Source of the DNA: Antedon mediterranea
Lineage: Eukaryota; Animalia; Echinodermata
Direction of reading: 5' to 3'
Length of the DNA: 64,000 bases
NCBI RefSeq assembly: GCF_964355755.1
Contig: NC_092678.1
Span: 18,245,365-18,309,364 of the forward strand
The notes under the pieces: model-generated
Databases searched by the model: none
What the model saw: the letters and a program-made list of their open reading frames with translations, nothing else
Told to the model about the DNA's origin: nothing
Program-made: the position numbers and the translations under genes
Shown: positions 27,901 through 36,760 of the stretch, piece after piece
Position numbering within the stretch: the first letter of the stretch is position 1
Layout of the letters: each line of letters starts with the position of its first letter

Positions 27901-30900
27901 TATATAATGTTGGTTCGAGTTGTTGCAAACGATTGGCAATTTCAAGGCTCTTCTTGTCAATAGTTCTGGTGGTGTACAAATCTCTACAGTGACTTAAAAA
28001 TCTATAAAGATTCTATATCTGCTTGCGAGCCCTTTAAGGAACACAGTGCACATCTCGGAAGAGTGGGGGTTACATGTGTTCAAACAATATGGTTTTATCT
28101 TTAAGCAATATTAATGGCTTTAATCAACAACAATCTGCAATGTTTTACGCCTTTAGTTTGTTAATTGTTTGTCAGATCCTGTCTAGTCTACTAATTTTGT
28201 TTGGTTTGTGCCCCTGCCAAACGGAATTCGGTTTCTCTTTCACGCTGCACAGCGATATCATTGAGAAATTGTTCTTACAAAGAAAATTAACAATTGTTTT
28301 GGTGTTCAAAAGGGAAACTTTAGAATGATGTTATTAGCTGTTGCGGAGTAGTTGACAACCTGGCAAACTGTATAAATATTTATTGGGAAGTAATTGTAGA
28401 GCTCTGTACAACTATTTTAATATTTTGTTTGTCTTGACATTGATTTGTCTGAATTGGGTATACAAATGCATTCAGTTGATGTGCAATAATTTGATATACA
28501 ACTCGACTTATGAAACTTCAAGTGTGTTACATTTTTTGGCCATGTGCATTAAAAATAAAATTAGGTGAGTTTAGGCCCTTTTACACTAGGACGATAACGA
28601 TTGACGAAAGATAGATAAATATACATTTTTCTTACATGAAAAAAAAAGAAATTTAAACAATTTTTCTATTTATGCGGTGTATGATAAAAATAATATTGTC
28701 AAATCCAACGATTTTATTGTTCTTATTGATCATGACGTCATTAAAAAAAATATTATTATCAGACAACATAAATAGTACTACTATACAGGATAGTTCTAGA
28801 ATGAAAACTTTTTTATTTTTTTTTGTTTTATGCAAAAAAAATGTATGTTTATCTATCGTCGATTGTCACTGCCCTAGTTTTGTAGCAACCTTTAGGATTT
28901 GAGTGACTTTTTAGTGACAATACATTGTACGGAAAGTGTTCAGGAAAAAAAGGAACCTCCCTGTTCATCATACTTGGTCGCCCTGATCTGTCACAATTTA
29001 GAAAGTCTTCATACTTTGTTGTCACAACGCTAATTATAATTTTTATTTTTTTTAAATTTCATACGCGTCCAACAGCGAGTAACTCGCCAATTACAGGATG
29101 GATACACTATTTTATAATTTATAATGCTCATAAACAAAGTATCATTTGAGGCTAGGAAGTGGAGTTGAACGAGTTTTGAGTTACAACCATGGCACTATGT
29201 CAGGATTGAACCCGTACCTTGGGATTGGAAGGCAAGCGTGTTAACCACCAAGCTACAGCTCCACTATGACTTACTTAACTATTATAACTCCATAGATCTG
29301 AATATACTGTACCTATTCTTAATTTTAGTTTGATAAAATGTCACATAATGGCTGCCAAGTGTGTCTTGGCATAGACATGTGTCAATTGTAACAAAGAGTA
29401 TGTGCCAAAACACAGACAATGATAAACATTTTAGACTATGTATAGTGATGATGATAGTATTTGACTATAAAACGAGTTTTAAAGTTGGTGTTTGTTTATA
29501 ACCTTGCTAGAATCAGCTGTAGAAAAAGATATAAACATGTGGATAGGGATAGGCTGAGGGTGTTTTAACTGAATTTCACTGTCATTTTAACATTATTTGA
29601 TGCGTGTTGTATGTTTGATGTTTTATTATCAGTTTTAATGATGGGGTAAAAGTTTATAAGTGATCCCAATGACAATTTTCTCTTTGTCTGGTGTTTGACT
29701 CATCTTCTCCGAGTGTCACCAACATATCTACCAAATGGTGTCAAATATTTCTATATTGATCGCAAGGCTATTTGAATAAAAATAAAGTTTGGTCCTTCCC
29801 AATTGGATGCAAAGCAAATAGCTTTACACAATGTAATACAATAGTTTGAACAATTGCAAGCAACATGTCATCTTGCTTCTGATCGTGGAACTATAAATTA
29901 GGTTACCTAATTTGTCCATGTTCTGATTGGTAAGATTAAATTTTATTGCACCCTAGTTGGAACCAAGCTTGCATACGATGAAACAAACTTTTAGTTTTAG
30001 ACTTCTATATTCTTAAATACGCATACAAGTTGATTGGTCTTGCACTAAATTACTGACCAATGGGGCTCCAAAAAGAAAAGGTGAAGGTGTATATACAATA
30101 AAAAAAAAAATTTTAATATACAATTTGTCTGGCCATTTTTAATTTCAATAAACCTGCACTTTCAATGTAGAATTCCAGACATAACATATTAGAAGCAGTC
30201 TATTCTCCTAATAGGTCGGGTTATTAACGATATGAATAATTAACCCCCATTTTCTAGGCAGCACAAACAAAACAAATTTTCAGTAATCGGCTAAATGCCA
30301 GCCTGAAAATACCAGTTAAAATCGATCTGGTAATAGTGGTGTGCATCTTTTAACTACAATGCAAAATAAAGGTTACTGGTATTTGATTGAAAGCGATTGA
30401 CATTGCAGTAACGTCTGAATTGTTGACAGGCAAAGCCCATTGCATTTTGGGTATTTCTGTCGACGATCACCCACTGATGTAAATAATTATTTAGGAGCAA
30501 AAATTGAGCCAAATTGCTGTAAATATAAAAAATATATTTTAAATCTATTTTGAAATAAACGATTTATTCATGCACTATAGAGTTCTGCGGTGCTGACGTA
30601 ATGACGTTAGGTGGCGCTGCTTGGTTGCTAGCCAACCAAAAATGCGTTTAACCTGCCTGAGTGACTCCAAGTTTAAACTTAAAGCCCCCTTCCCTACGTT
30701 TTTTAGATCTAATTTAAGATCACAAACTATATTTAATGTAAAAATAATACTATATGGTCCTATTGCGATAACTTTTTTCGTCTTTAAACGGTTAAAAATG
30801 TGAAAAATAAGTTGATTCTAATAATTATAGCAACCCGCTATAAATCCCAAAATGCATTGCGCGCGGATTGATATTTTTGTTTTTCACCTGTAATTCGCCC

Positions 30901-33473
30901 ACTTTTCGATCGATCGTGAGACCAAAACAAATGGAAGAACTTTTCAGCGAAAATACCGGGTTTTCCCCAATTTGTATCAACGGAGTCTGGCAAAAATAGA
31001 AAGACAATTAATGCAGCAACTATACAACGTCAGGCTAGGTATATAGCTAGCGTACGATGTTCGTACGTTACCGATGTTTACCAGCTAGGCCTACAAAACA
31101 CCGTCCACGAGAGGTCGATCGCCGCAAGCTACTTAGGTATAGTGCATTGTTTCTCACTTTTTATCATAATTTACCATAAAACGTACATTTAAGACAAGGA
31201 ATGACATGGTTTAATGTTTTTAAAGTGATATATATGTATTATTTTCCAAAAAACGTCCAAAATTGCAGGGAAGGGGTCTTTAATAATTTTTAATAAAAAC
31301 AAACAAAAATTTCAAAAGATCACTAAATATTTGTTTTTAATAATCTATTTAATCATCAACTACTGTACAGTTTAAGTTTAAAAAAATACAGATCTATATA
31401 GTTTATCAACATAGTAGCATTGGACGCATTCTTTGGTTGGCCAGCAATCACGCAGCGCCATCTATCGTCACACCGCAGAACCCTAGATATAATTATTTGT
31501 TATGTATAATTATTACGGTTGTAAAGCTTGATTTACATGATTGAAGGCTGGATGGATGTACAGACTCCCCTTTGGTGACGACCCCTGCAATTCCCCTAAT
31601 GTGCTGACCTCGAATTGGTTTATTCTAGTCAAAGATCAACTTGTAAAAAAGACAGTACAGGGTAAGCTCTGTCTGCACTTTAAATCTTGATGTGACAAAA
31701 ATATGTGATGTGCTCATATGGACACAATGATGTCATATTATTACCATATTTGGCCGCTCACTAGTTATGCCATTTTAATGTAACATAATTGTTATCAAAA
31801 AATTGGATGGAAAGAAAATGTATTTAACTGAAAAAAACTGTAATTTAAAGCAAAAAATGGTCAAATTGGCTGCCAGCCAATGGGTTTTCGGTTGAATTTA
31901 ACCATTTATGTTGTCATTTTATAAGTGAAAACATTATTTTTTTCTGTTTTGTTTTTCTACGGAAGTGATTAACTTTATTAAAACTACAAAATAGCATATT
32001 AAAAGTCTGATTTGAATAATCTTCATTTTTCATGTTTTTGGGGGACAATACATCTTGAAAGAATGATAAAATAATTATGCTCTATATATTCTTAGGATAT
32101 TGCCAGAAATAAGATAAGATACATTTATCTTTTTCACCCTTTTTATAGTCATTGTGTCTATTTGTTAAACAAGTAAAAAGTTTAAGAATCGAACTAATTT
32201 TGTTTGACAAGTGTAATCGGGCAGATTTAACTTCATTTGTTTTTTTTTTATATTATACTTTAAATTGACGGTAATTGCTTTTGATTGTAATCGTTTATCT
32301 ATTTTTAAAGAAACTGAACAGTAGCATTCATGCGGGACATTCACCAACATTGGCCAACATAACGAGTTGATTATAAAAAGTGGTCATACTTTCATTTCAT
32401 GGATTTTTTTTTATAGATCACACGTTAATGGTCTTTGACAGTTAGTAAAGAATAAAGAGAGACATTTATTATAATTTTATTTTTTTGCTCATTAAGTTTC
32501 CATAGGAGTAATAGCATGGATAATTTTGTATTGAAACCAACCGTTTAATAAATAATAGAAACGATCTATTCCTTGGTAGGCTTTTGTCTCTGGGTTTCTT
32601 ATGTCCCTGGGTAGGCTTATGTCCCTGGGTAGGCTTTTGTCCCTGTGTTTCTTATGTCCCTGGGTAGGCTTATGTCCCTGGGTAGGCTTATGTCCCTGGG
32701 TAGGCTTATGTCCCTGGGTAGGCTTTTGTCCCTGTGTTTCTTATGTCCCTGTGTTTCTTATGTCCCTGTGTAGGCTTATGTCCCTGGGTAGGCTTATGTC
32801 CCTGGGTGGGCTTAAGTCCCTGGGTGGGCTTATGTCCCTGGGTGGGCTTATGTCCCTGGGTGGGCTTATGTCCGTGGGTGGGCTTATGTCTGTGGGTAGG
32901 CTTATGTCTGTGGGTAGGCTTATGTCCCTGGGTAGGCTTTCGTCCCTGGGTAGGCTTTTGTCCCTGGGTAGGCTTTTGTCTCTGGGTAGGCTTATGTCTG
33001 TGGGTGGCTAGACCGGTATACCTGGGTAAGTTTATCTTCCTGTGTGTGCATATATGAAGATCCTAAGTGTACTTTGTGCAGGTTTGATACTCGTATCCCA
33101 TTATCCATTTCAATATGGATTAATAATACTGTACCAAATCTGACTTGCTTATAATCTGACTTACAATTACTTTTGTAGGCAGTAGAAGAGAGCTATAGCA
33201 ATAGCATAGATATATAATATAGTTCACTATAATCTGCAGTGCAGATTTGCTTTTAAGTTGTATCTACCAGTAATTTTAATAGAACCATGTTGTCACGTTC
33301 CTTACTTTTATTTGAACTTTCCTTTTTATCATCATCAAAAATATAAAATTGGAAAAAGAATCTTAAGTTGACGTGTTCTTATATTTTATTTCTTGCAGTT
33401 ATCACGGAATCGATATCGTAAGGCAATCAGACAGAAGAAGCAAACTGCACGTAGAATGAAGTTGACGTTTTGA
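860..33473 (+). CDS. NOL8: Nucleolar protein 8, 3' part of a spliced gene: join(860-976,2041-2151,2491-2569,2974-3148,4084-4155,4963-5138,5430-5625,16222-16301,18139-18221,33399-33473). The 5' exons lie upstream of the window.
   Basis: All introns are GT-AG and phases are continuous. The joined peptide has motifs recalled from vertebrate NOL8: [81 protein letters not shown] and a basic C-terminus [12 protein letters not shown]. Extra small exons in the long introns cannot be excluded. Confidence 0.88.
1695..1836. mobile_element. MITE, possibly Harbinger-like
   Basis: Inverted ends actttaagaaacacgatgg / ccgtcgtgtttcttaaagt. Confidence 0.55.
2041..2151 (+). CDS. NOL8: NOL8 exon ([12 protein letters not shown]...QFEGKSGEK)
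   Basis: tttcag| acceptor, |gtatgt donor, 111 nt. Confidence 0.9.
2491..2569 (+). CDS. NOL8: NOL8 exon ([26 protein letters not shown])
   Basis: ttctag| acceptor, |gtaaaa donor, 79 nt; conserved DxRFxMDxRFLE motif. Confidence 0.9.
2974..3148 (+). CDS. NOL8: NOL8 exon (DGKEEN...[13 protein letters not shown]...KLGF)
   Basis: ttaag| acceptor, |gtgagt donor, 175 nt, phase 1/2. Confidence 0.85.
4084..4155 (+). CDS. NOL8: NOL8 exon ([23 protein letters not shown])
   Basis: ttcag| acceptor, |gtaagt donor, 72 nt; conserved YDPT..DH motif. Confidence 0.9.
4250..4524 (+). mobile_element. 3' fragment of a CR1/L2-group LINE ORF2
   Basis: HYHHT...[13 protein letters not shown]...S...F...LK..L is the typical ORF2 C-terminus. 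Confidence 0.75.
4963..5138 (+). CDS. NOL8: NOL8 exon ([14 protein letters not shown]...[12 protein letters not shown]...NLE)
   Basis: ttgtag| acceptor, |gtaatt donor, 176 nt; overlaps ORF 4970-5272. Confidence 0.9.
5430..5625 (+). CDS. NOL8: NOL8 exon ([19 protein letters not shown]...EAKET)
   Basis: ttcag| acceptor, |gtaagt donor, 196 nt; overlaps ORF 5411-5629. Confidence 0.85.
5786..5948 (+). ncRNA. Candidate intronic box H/ACA snoRNA
   Basis: Hairpin 1 closed by tacgcacgt/atgtgcgta; H box ACATCA at 5866-5871; hairpin 2 closed by ctccatgac/gtcatgggg with upper stem agtctca/tgaggct; ACA at 5943-5945, 14 nt after the upper stem. Confidence 0.55.
6138..6446. mobile_element. P-superfamily-like MITE (309 bp)
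   Basis: TIR caaggcaatccaacaacag / ctgttgttagattgccttg; perfect 7-bp TSD ctcatag (6131-6137 and 6447-6453); a related internal fragment lies at ~3581-3765. Confidence 0.75.
8087..8990. mobile_element. Non-autonomous DNA transposon with TAG..CTA ends and a 9-bp TSD (Academ/AcademH-like)
   Basis: Direct repeat ctatggcat at 8078-8086 and 8991-8999; imperfect TIR tagtctgggctctagac / gacttggggcaagtcta. Confidence 0.6.
9226..9400. mobile_element. Penelope-like pseudo-LTR remnants in inverted arrangement; further copies near 46270-46350 and 55545-55576
   Basis: ~110-bp palindrome; the motif gaaacgtc..actcaacagttcttttca recurs at three loci; degenerate hammerhead-like core. Confidence 0.45.
9684..10160. 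repeat. AT-rich tandem array of alternating ~67-bp and ~40-bp related units
   Basis: Repeated taaatattttatcacggcaactaga..ttaagctttttataacatctaattcacttaaccc. Confidence 0.85.
10787..11224 (+). repeat. 5' LTR
   Basis: tgtagcagacc...caattactaaa; AATAAA at 11154-11159. Confidence 0.95.
11226..11239 (+). promoter_or_regulatory. Primer-binding site (tRNA-Trp type)
   Basis: tggtgaccc(t)cgac lies just after the 5' LTR and is complementary to the tRNA-Trp 3' end with a 1-nt bulge. Confidence 0.8.
11265..12197 (+). CDS. gag: Gag (310 aa)
   Basis: N-terminal [21 protein letters not shown] motif; C-terminal C-X2-H-X9-C-X3-C ([18 protein letters not shown]), characteristic of the CsRn1 clade. Confidence 0.93.
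   Translation: MEGQQQQRQLPQPPAQPQHQEQPVVPAPDAATVNRPISSVALKLPPYWPNDPILWFTQVEAQFTTRGITVDATKYAYLVGSLQPEIAQEVRDLLLNPPTDNKYVNLKDTLIRRTTDSDQQRLRQLLTAEELGDRKPSQLYRRMLQLLGDRPLESSIMKQLFLSRLPTNVQLILASTKDELDLGSLTSLADKIIEVSVTATAPTSVSAVHTDNTPSLSATLENLQKQIQQLSTQVNSLQSDRRHNRYQSRSTSRHRNRSSGRHSSPAQPNSTNRSAQHSNNTPQLCWYHEKFGVNARKCNPPCSENSNADN
12155..15340 (+). CDS. pol: Pol polyprotein (protease-RT-RNase H-integrase), probably expressed by -1 frameshift from gag
   Basis: FLIDTGA protease, YIDD RT, DAS RNase H, HHCC plus D-D-E integrase, GPF motif; Gypsy domain order. Confidence 0.96.
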   Translation: MQSAVFGKLQRRQLNATNVAGRQIVSRLFFIVNQLSKQRFLIDTGAEVSVVPPTRHERLHRRQESTLTAANNTSINTYGHRSVTLDLGLRRTSQWLFVVADVTHPIIGADFLRHFGLLVDMNNRRLIDTTTNLSIQGVASKTSPLGLIFTTLEAKSNWDYILTKFPNITRPCYQEASLKHDVTHHIQTHGPPISSHPRRLAHDRCKTARHEFEHMMQLGIIRPSKSNWASPLHMVPKKTPGDWRPCGDYRALNNATVADRYPIPYMHDFTASLHGSTIFSKIDLVRAYHQIPVEPADVHKTAITTPFGLFEFVRMPFGLRNAAQTFQRFIDQVTRGLDFCYAYIDDLLVASSNAEEHETHLHQLFTRLNEYGVVLNPAKCQFGVSSLEFLGHHVDSQGVRPLQVKVEAIQNFPQPTSLRKLREFLGLINFYRRFIPQCAQILQPVTALLVGAGKKQDLVWTDAALLGFNNIKVALASATLLTHPQPDAPLSIMVDASDVAIGGILQQCIDNNWQPISFFSQKLKPAQTRYSTFGRELLAAYLSVKHFRHSLEGRSFHIFTDHKPLVYALLAKPNRHSPREIRHLDFISQFTTDIRHVSGKANAAADALSRIELNTFSHNTTNIVDFSLIAAAQKNDDELHKLLESPSSLQFQNFPIPTSDSTILCDISKGNPRPYIPQEFRRIIFDTLHSLSHPGIRATQRLITDRFVWPAINRDVRRWSQTCIQCQRSKVHRHTVSPLSTFSTPDARFDHVHIDIVGPLPPSNGFSYLLTFIDRFTRWPEAVPIPDITADTVAHAFVNRWIASFGIPSTITTDRGRQFESALFHSLANLLGTKHIHTTAYHPIANGLVERFHRHLKGSLKAHNDHTKWTEHLPIVLLGIRTALKADLGHSAAELVYGTTLRLPGQFFNSNSEHCDYSNYIDRLRDNMSKLRPTPTRTNSNRKSYINQEIFNCTHVFVRRDSVRKPLQRPYDGPFKVLSRTDKHFVLDLNGRQDTVSIDRLKVAHLDTDIFKSQEQTLTPKLQASPLVKPTNPSPILATPPRTTRSGRHVHFPQRFVSFYH
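15351..15363 (+). promoter_or_regulatory. Polypurine tract
   Basis: ggaagggggctcc immediately before the 3' LTR. Confidence 0.8.
15364..15801 (+). repeat. 3' LTR
   Basis: Near-identical to 10787-11224. Confidence 0.95.
16222..16301 (+). CDS. NOL8: NOL8 exon ([26 protein letters not shown])
   Basis: tttcag| acceptor, |gtaata donor, 80 nt; FFF..ND.RL motif; phase matches both neighbours. Confidence 0.85.
18139..18221 (+). CDS. NOL8: NOL8 exon ([28 protein letters not shown])
   Basis: ttatag| acceptor, |gtaagc donor, 83 nt. Confidence 0.85.
18553..18730. repeat. 18-bp minisatellite (catccatgccaaattcat), degenerating rightwards
   Basis: Direct tandem copies; explains spurious ORF 18537-18743. 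Confidence 0.85.
18731..20399 (-). mobile_element. 5'-truncated CR1/L2-group LINE with RT domain, frameshifted near 19470
   Basis: [41 protein letters not shown] motifs in ORFs 19469-20332 and 18969-19472; (aaatc)n 3' tail at 18731-18750. Confidence 0.93.
20702..21340 (-). mobile_element. 5S+tRNA-headed Deu-domain SINE, interrupted by an L2-type 3' fragment (~20928-21117, + strand)
   Basis: Reverse complement of the 48818-49140 copy plus a Deu-like domain (ccttcggatgggatgtaaagccgttggtcc...cgaaaaagagtagggg) at ~20805-20927. Confidence 0.8.
23126..23320 (+). mobile_element. Degenerate tRNA-derived SINE with L2-like tail
   Basis: A box tggccgagcgg; 3' agcgccttgga...ggcgctttacaaat...ttatta. Confidence 0.6.
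24756..24963. mobile_element. Harbinger-like MITE; partial relative at ~17442-17590
   Basis: TIR tctttcccacctgttcc / ggatcaggtgtgaaaga. Confidence 0.55.
25130..25830. repeat. Diverged tandem array (units ~120-150 bp)
   Basis: Recurrent gctagccaggtg, aagtgacac, accagaagt and ttgtccga blocks. Confidence 0.6.
27261..27756 (-). mobile_element. Helentron-associated (HINE/DINE-1-like) element
   Basis: On the - strand: T-run, tactcggg subTIR with adjacent inverted copy, distal cccgagta plus small hairpin ending ttgtt. Confidence 0.55.
28573..28892. mobile_element. Degraded MITE
   Basis: Inverted arms actaggacgataacgattgacgaaagatagataaa / tttatctatcgtcgattgtcactgccctagt. Confidence 0.5.
29045..29265 (-). 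mobile_element. tRNA-derived SINE; second copy at ~62950-63145
   Basis: - strand agtggagctgtagcttggtggttaacacg...gggttcaatcc (A and B boxes); both loci share aacag.gagtaactcgccaatt. Confidence 0.65.
30578..31485. mobile_element. TIR MITE hosting a nested TTAA element
   Basis: tagagttctgcggtg..ggcgctgc..gccaacc / ggttggcc..gcagcgcc..caccgcagaacccta. Confidence 0.6.
30683..31279. mobile_element. Kolobok-like MITE (TTAA TSD, AG..CT ends); partial copy at ~36990-37330
   Basis: ttaa|agcccccttccctac ... gcagggaaggggtct|ttaa. Confidence 0.7.
32570..33030. repeat. 18-bp minisatellite (ctgggtaggcttatgtcc)
   Basis: Roughly 24 tandem copies; source of the spurious SLGRLM and CPWVGL ORFs. Confidence 0.95.
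33399..33473 (+). CDS. NOL8: NOL8 terminal coding exon ([24 protein letters not shown])
   Basis: Polypyrimidine tract plus ttgcag| acceptor, phase 0, basic C-terminus as in NOL8, TGA at 33471-33473. Confidence 0.8.
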   Translation, partial: LSRNRYRKAIRQKKQTARRMKLTF

Positions 33474-34070
33474 AGTTACCGTGAGTTCTTGATGTCTTCT
33501 GTTTCGCACCATTCGGGACTCTACGCATCAGGATGGGCGAATCGGATGCAAGTAGCTACTGTCTACTCTGAAGCGTGAATGTTTATTATTTTGTAATTCT
33601 GTCGGATTACGATCCAATCTACCGCTCTGCTCACGCTCCACAAATCAGGTTTAACATTTACGACAATGATCGCGTTCGGAAATCAATGTGTTAGTGCGCA
33701 CCTTCTCATCTAACTGTTCTACTCAAAGTCTAACGTTGGAGCATAATACCTTTGCGTATGCTATGCTAATGTTATAGAATTTCGATTTAAAATGTAACAT
33801 GGTTTTTAACAAAAGACAACTGCAAATTGGGACATGTACTGTCATCCAGCTCTTCCCATCCTGATGCGTAAAGTCCATATTGTTTAACCAAGAGAGCATG
33901 TTGATTTTAAACATGCACTGTTTTCTTACCAACACCATCATGATGACTGTTTTCATCTGTTCCTTACAAATTCTATTCATCAACATCTGCAAAATCAAAC
34001 TGCCCCATTTGGTTAAGATATTTAGATGTACAATTTCTAGTTAAAAGCGACTTGGCTAGCCGATTGAGCT

Positions 34071-34410
34071 ACTGGGCTTGCAGAATCAGTTGCCCTTGTT
34101 CCTGGACAACCAAAAATGTACATAGGGCAACTAAAGTAAAATGGGCAACCAAGTAAAATCCACAGTGTTTTGCATAAACTGTACAGTCTCTCTCTGTTAG
34201 ATCATTTCGGCCACCATATGTTTGGCCGCTGAATTTGAACTACTGGGCTTGCAGAATCAGTTGCCCTTGTTCCGGGACAACCGAAAATAAGGAAACTAAA
34301 TAAATAAAATGGGCAAACAAGTAAAATCCACAAAAAGATTACAACAGTGTATTCCATAAACTGTACAGTCTCTCTCTCTGTTAGATCATTTCGGCCACCA
34401 TTTGGCCGCT
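34071..34410. repeat. Tandem duplication of ~171 bp
   Basis: actgggcttgcagaatcagttgcccttgttcc at 34071 and 34242. Confidence 0.85.
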
Positions 34411-34747
34411 GATTTCTAATCGGTATATGATATAGGATAATAAAATACATAGATAAAAGACTGAGAAAATTTGAATTAAATTGTTGGGATAGTGTCCTTA
34501 TTGTCTCATTTACACACAATTTGTATTTACCTTTTGAAGATAAAATCATGGAAGTCACTACTGTAGCAAATTAATTTTAAGCCAACACTAAGGTGCTTAC
34601 ACTCTTTTATCACTATATCATAAATATAATAAAAATCAATAAAGGTTGCTTAGTTATAGTTGTTTTGATATTTAAAACAAACTTTTACTGAAGATACAGG
34701 TACATGGCATAACTATGCGCTATTTTATAAATAGAATTTTAATATTA

Positions 34748-35461
34748 CCGTAAATCTTCTAATAGTAACCCACACTCTAACAGTAACCCCCCTTCTAATA
34801 GTAACCCACACTCTAACAGGAACCCCCTTCTAATAGTAACCCACCTTATAAGTCAATCTATAATAGTAACCCACTACTCTAATAGTAACTCCCTTTCTAA
34901 TAGTAACCCACCTTATAAGTCAATCTATAATAGTAACCCACACTCTAACAGTAACCCCCCTTCTAATAGTAATCCACCTTATAAGTCAATCTATAATAGT
35001 AACCCACACTCTAACAGTAACCCCCCTTCTAATAGTTACCTACCTTATAATTCAATCTATAATAATAACCCACTAATCTAATAGTAACCAAGGGGGTTAA
35101 TATTAGAGTCTCAAAAACTATTGACAAAATGACATTTGTGAAGACTGGTCGTTTATGATGCAGCCGCATTTTGAAAACAAGGAGATAATGCATGTTGATC
35201 TCGGGAGTGGGGGAGGATTGAGCGTTTTTGAGTTTATAAAATACAGTTAAGAGTTCAAACAAATTATTTATTCGTACTGTTTTATTATTTTGCTATGATT
35301 TGCTGACCGGAAAAGCTGAGGTGGGTTACTATTTTCCTGTGCCTAATTTAAGATTAGTAATAGTAACCCACTACTCTAATAGTAACCCCCTTCTAATAGT
35401 AACCCACCCTAAAAAACAATCAAAGAATAATAGCCCAGGGTTACAATTAGAAGATTTACGG
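34748..35461. mobile_element. Tc1/mariner (pogo/Tigger-like) MITE with 16-17-bp subterminal repeats
   Basis: ta|ccgtaaatcttctaatagtaacc ... ggttacaattagaagatttacgg|ta. Confidence 0.85.
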
Positions 35462-35578
35462 TATACTAATTGTATAGTAGTGTTGAAAAAAATAAAGGGA
35501 AAGATTTTATTCTTTGCATTTATAGTGATTTTATTTTGCGTCTGACTTCACTTAAACCCAATTTTTATTATCAATCTA

Positions 35579-35859
35579 AGGGCGCGTTTATACAACACGC
35601 TACGCATATCCATTTAAAAACTCAATAACTGAATAAACTAAATTTTAAACGAAATCATCCTTTATTAAAATCCTTTATAAAACTTATATTAATTCATAAT
35701 GCATGCGAGTATATACAACTTATATTATGAATTACAGTATAACACGGTATTACTATTTAATGTGTAACTGCAAGGTTTTTGTGATGTTGACCTCGGCCCG
35801 TGCAACATGCTAGAAATTAAAGACGTGTTCAAATTTAGGGTGTTGTATAAACACAGCCT
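35579..35859. mobile_element. Harbinger-like MITE
   Basis: gtttatacaacacgcta / tagggtgttgtataaac arms, TAA-type flanks. Confidence 0.6.
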
Positions 35860-36599
35860 AACACTAATATTTAGCACTTTTCTAACTACTTATGTAGGGC
35901 CTACAGTTACAGTCTTACTATAGGTTTTAATATTGGCTAAAGTTACATATTAACTTAATTATTAAATTTTAATTTTTAATGCTAGTCAAAATATTTATTT
36001 AGAATAGTTTTTTCCAGTTTTTATAGTAATTTTCAAGTGAAAAAAGTTTTTATATAAATATGATTTTCATTAAAAAAACATTTTTATTAATGCAAAATTC
36101 TGAAATTTAAAATTTGACTAAATATTAAAATAGAAAAGTACACTGTAGTAAATTGATAACATGAATCATGTGACATTGGTCATGTGACATGAATCATATG
36201 ACAGGCTCTTATTTTAAACAAAAAACAAACCATATACTAATTAAATTATCAAATCCTTTTTCAGCTTGTGCTATATTTGCGTGAGTGTATAGTCATGTTT
36301 TGGTTTAAATGGCCACCTGCCTGTCATATAACATCAATCAAACGAAATGTTTTTGAAACGATAATGTCATGATTTGACCATCTAATAACAATTTTTAATA
36401 TATTTTAAAACAGCCTGGCTGATTTTATCAAAGCGAGTAATAAATATAGATGTATTTGTCGACTCATAGACTCTTCCAATATAATGTAATTTGCTTGGAA
36501 ACTGGTCTAAAGGAAATATTTTAATATATCCTGACTTTTTGATGAAAACATGTTTACAATGTTGATGAGGACTAATGTTCACACTCTTGGTGTTCCTTC

Positions 36600-36760
36600 G
36601 TTTTTTTGATCTAATTTAAGGTCACAAACTACACACACACTTGACAAAATACAAATATTCTTTTTTCCCGCGTACTGTAAGAGCATGGAATGTGCTTCCA
36701 GAATGCATTAAACAAGCATCATCATTACAAATCTTTAAATCAACACAATGGACAAACATA
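36600..36760 (+). mobile_element. 3' fragment of a LINE ORF2
   Basis: KYSFFPRTVRAWNVLP..I..A.SL..FK C-terminal motif. Confidence 0.65.

Noticed and set aside
32601-33057. Repetitive ORFs (SLGRLM / CPWVGL)
   Set aside because: Translations of an 18-bp minisatellite that lacks stop codons
33723-33998. - strand 91-aa ORF with a possible 57-nt exon (33930-33986)
   Set aside because: Splice-like sites exist, but the peptide is unrecognisable and I found no partner exons
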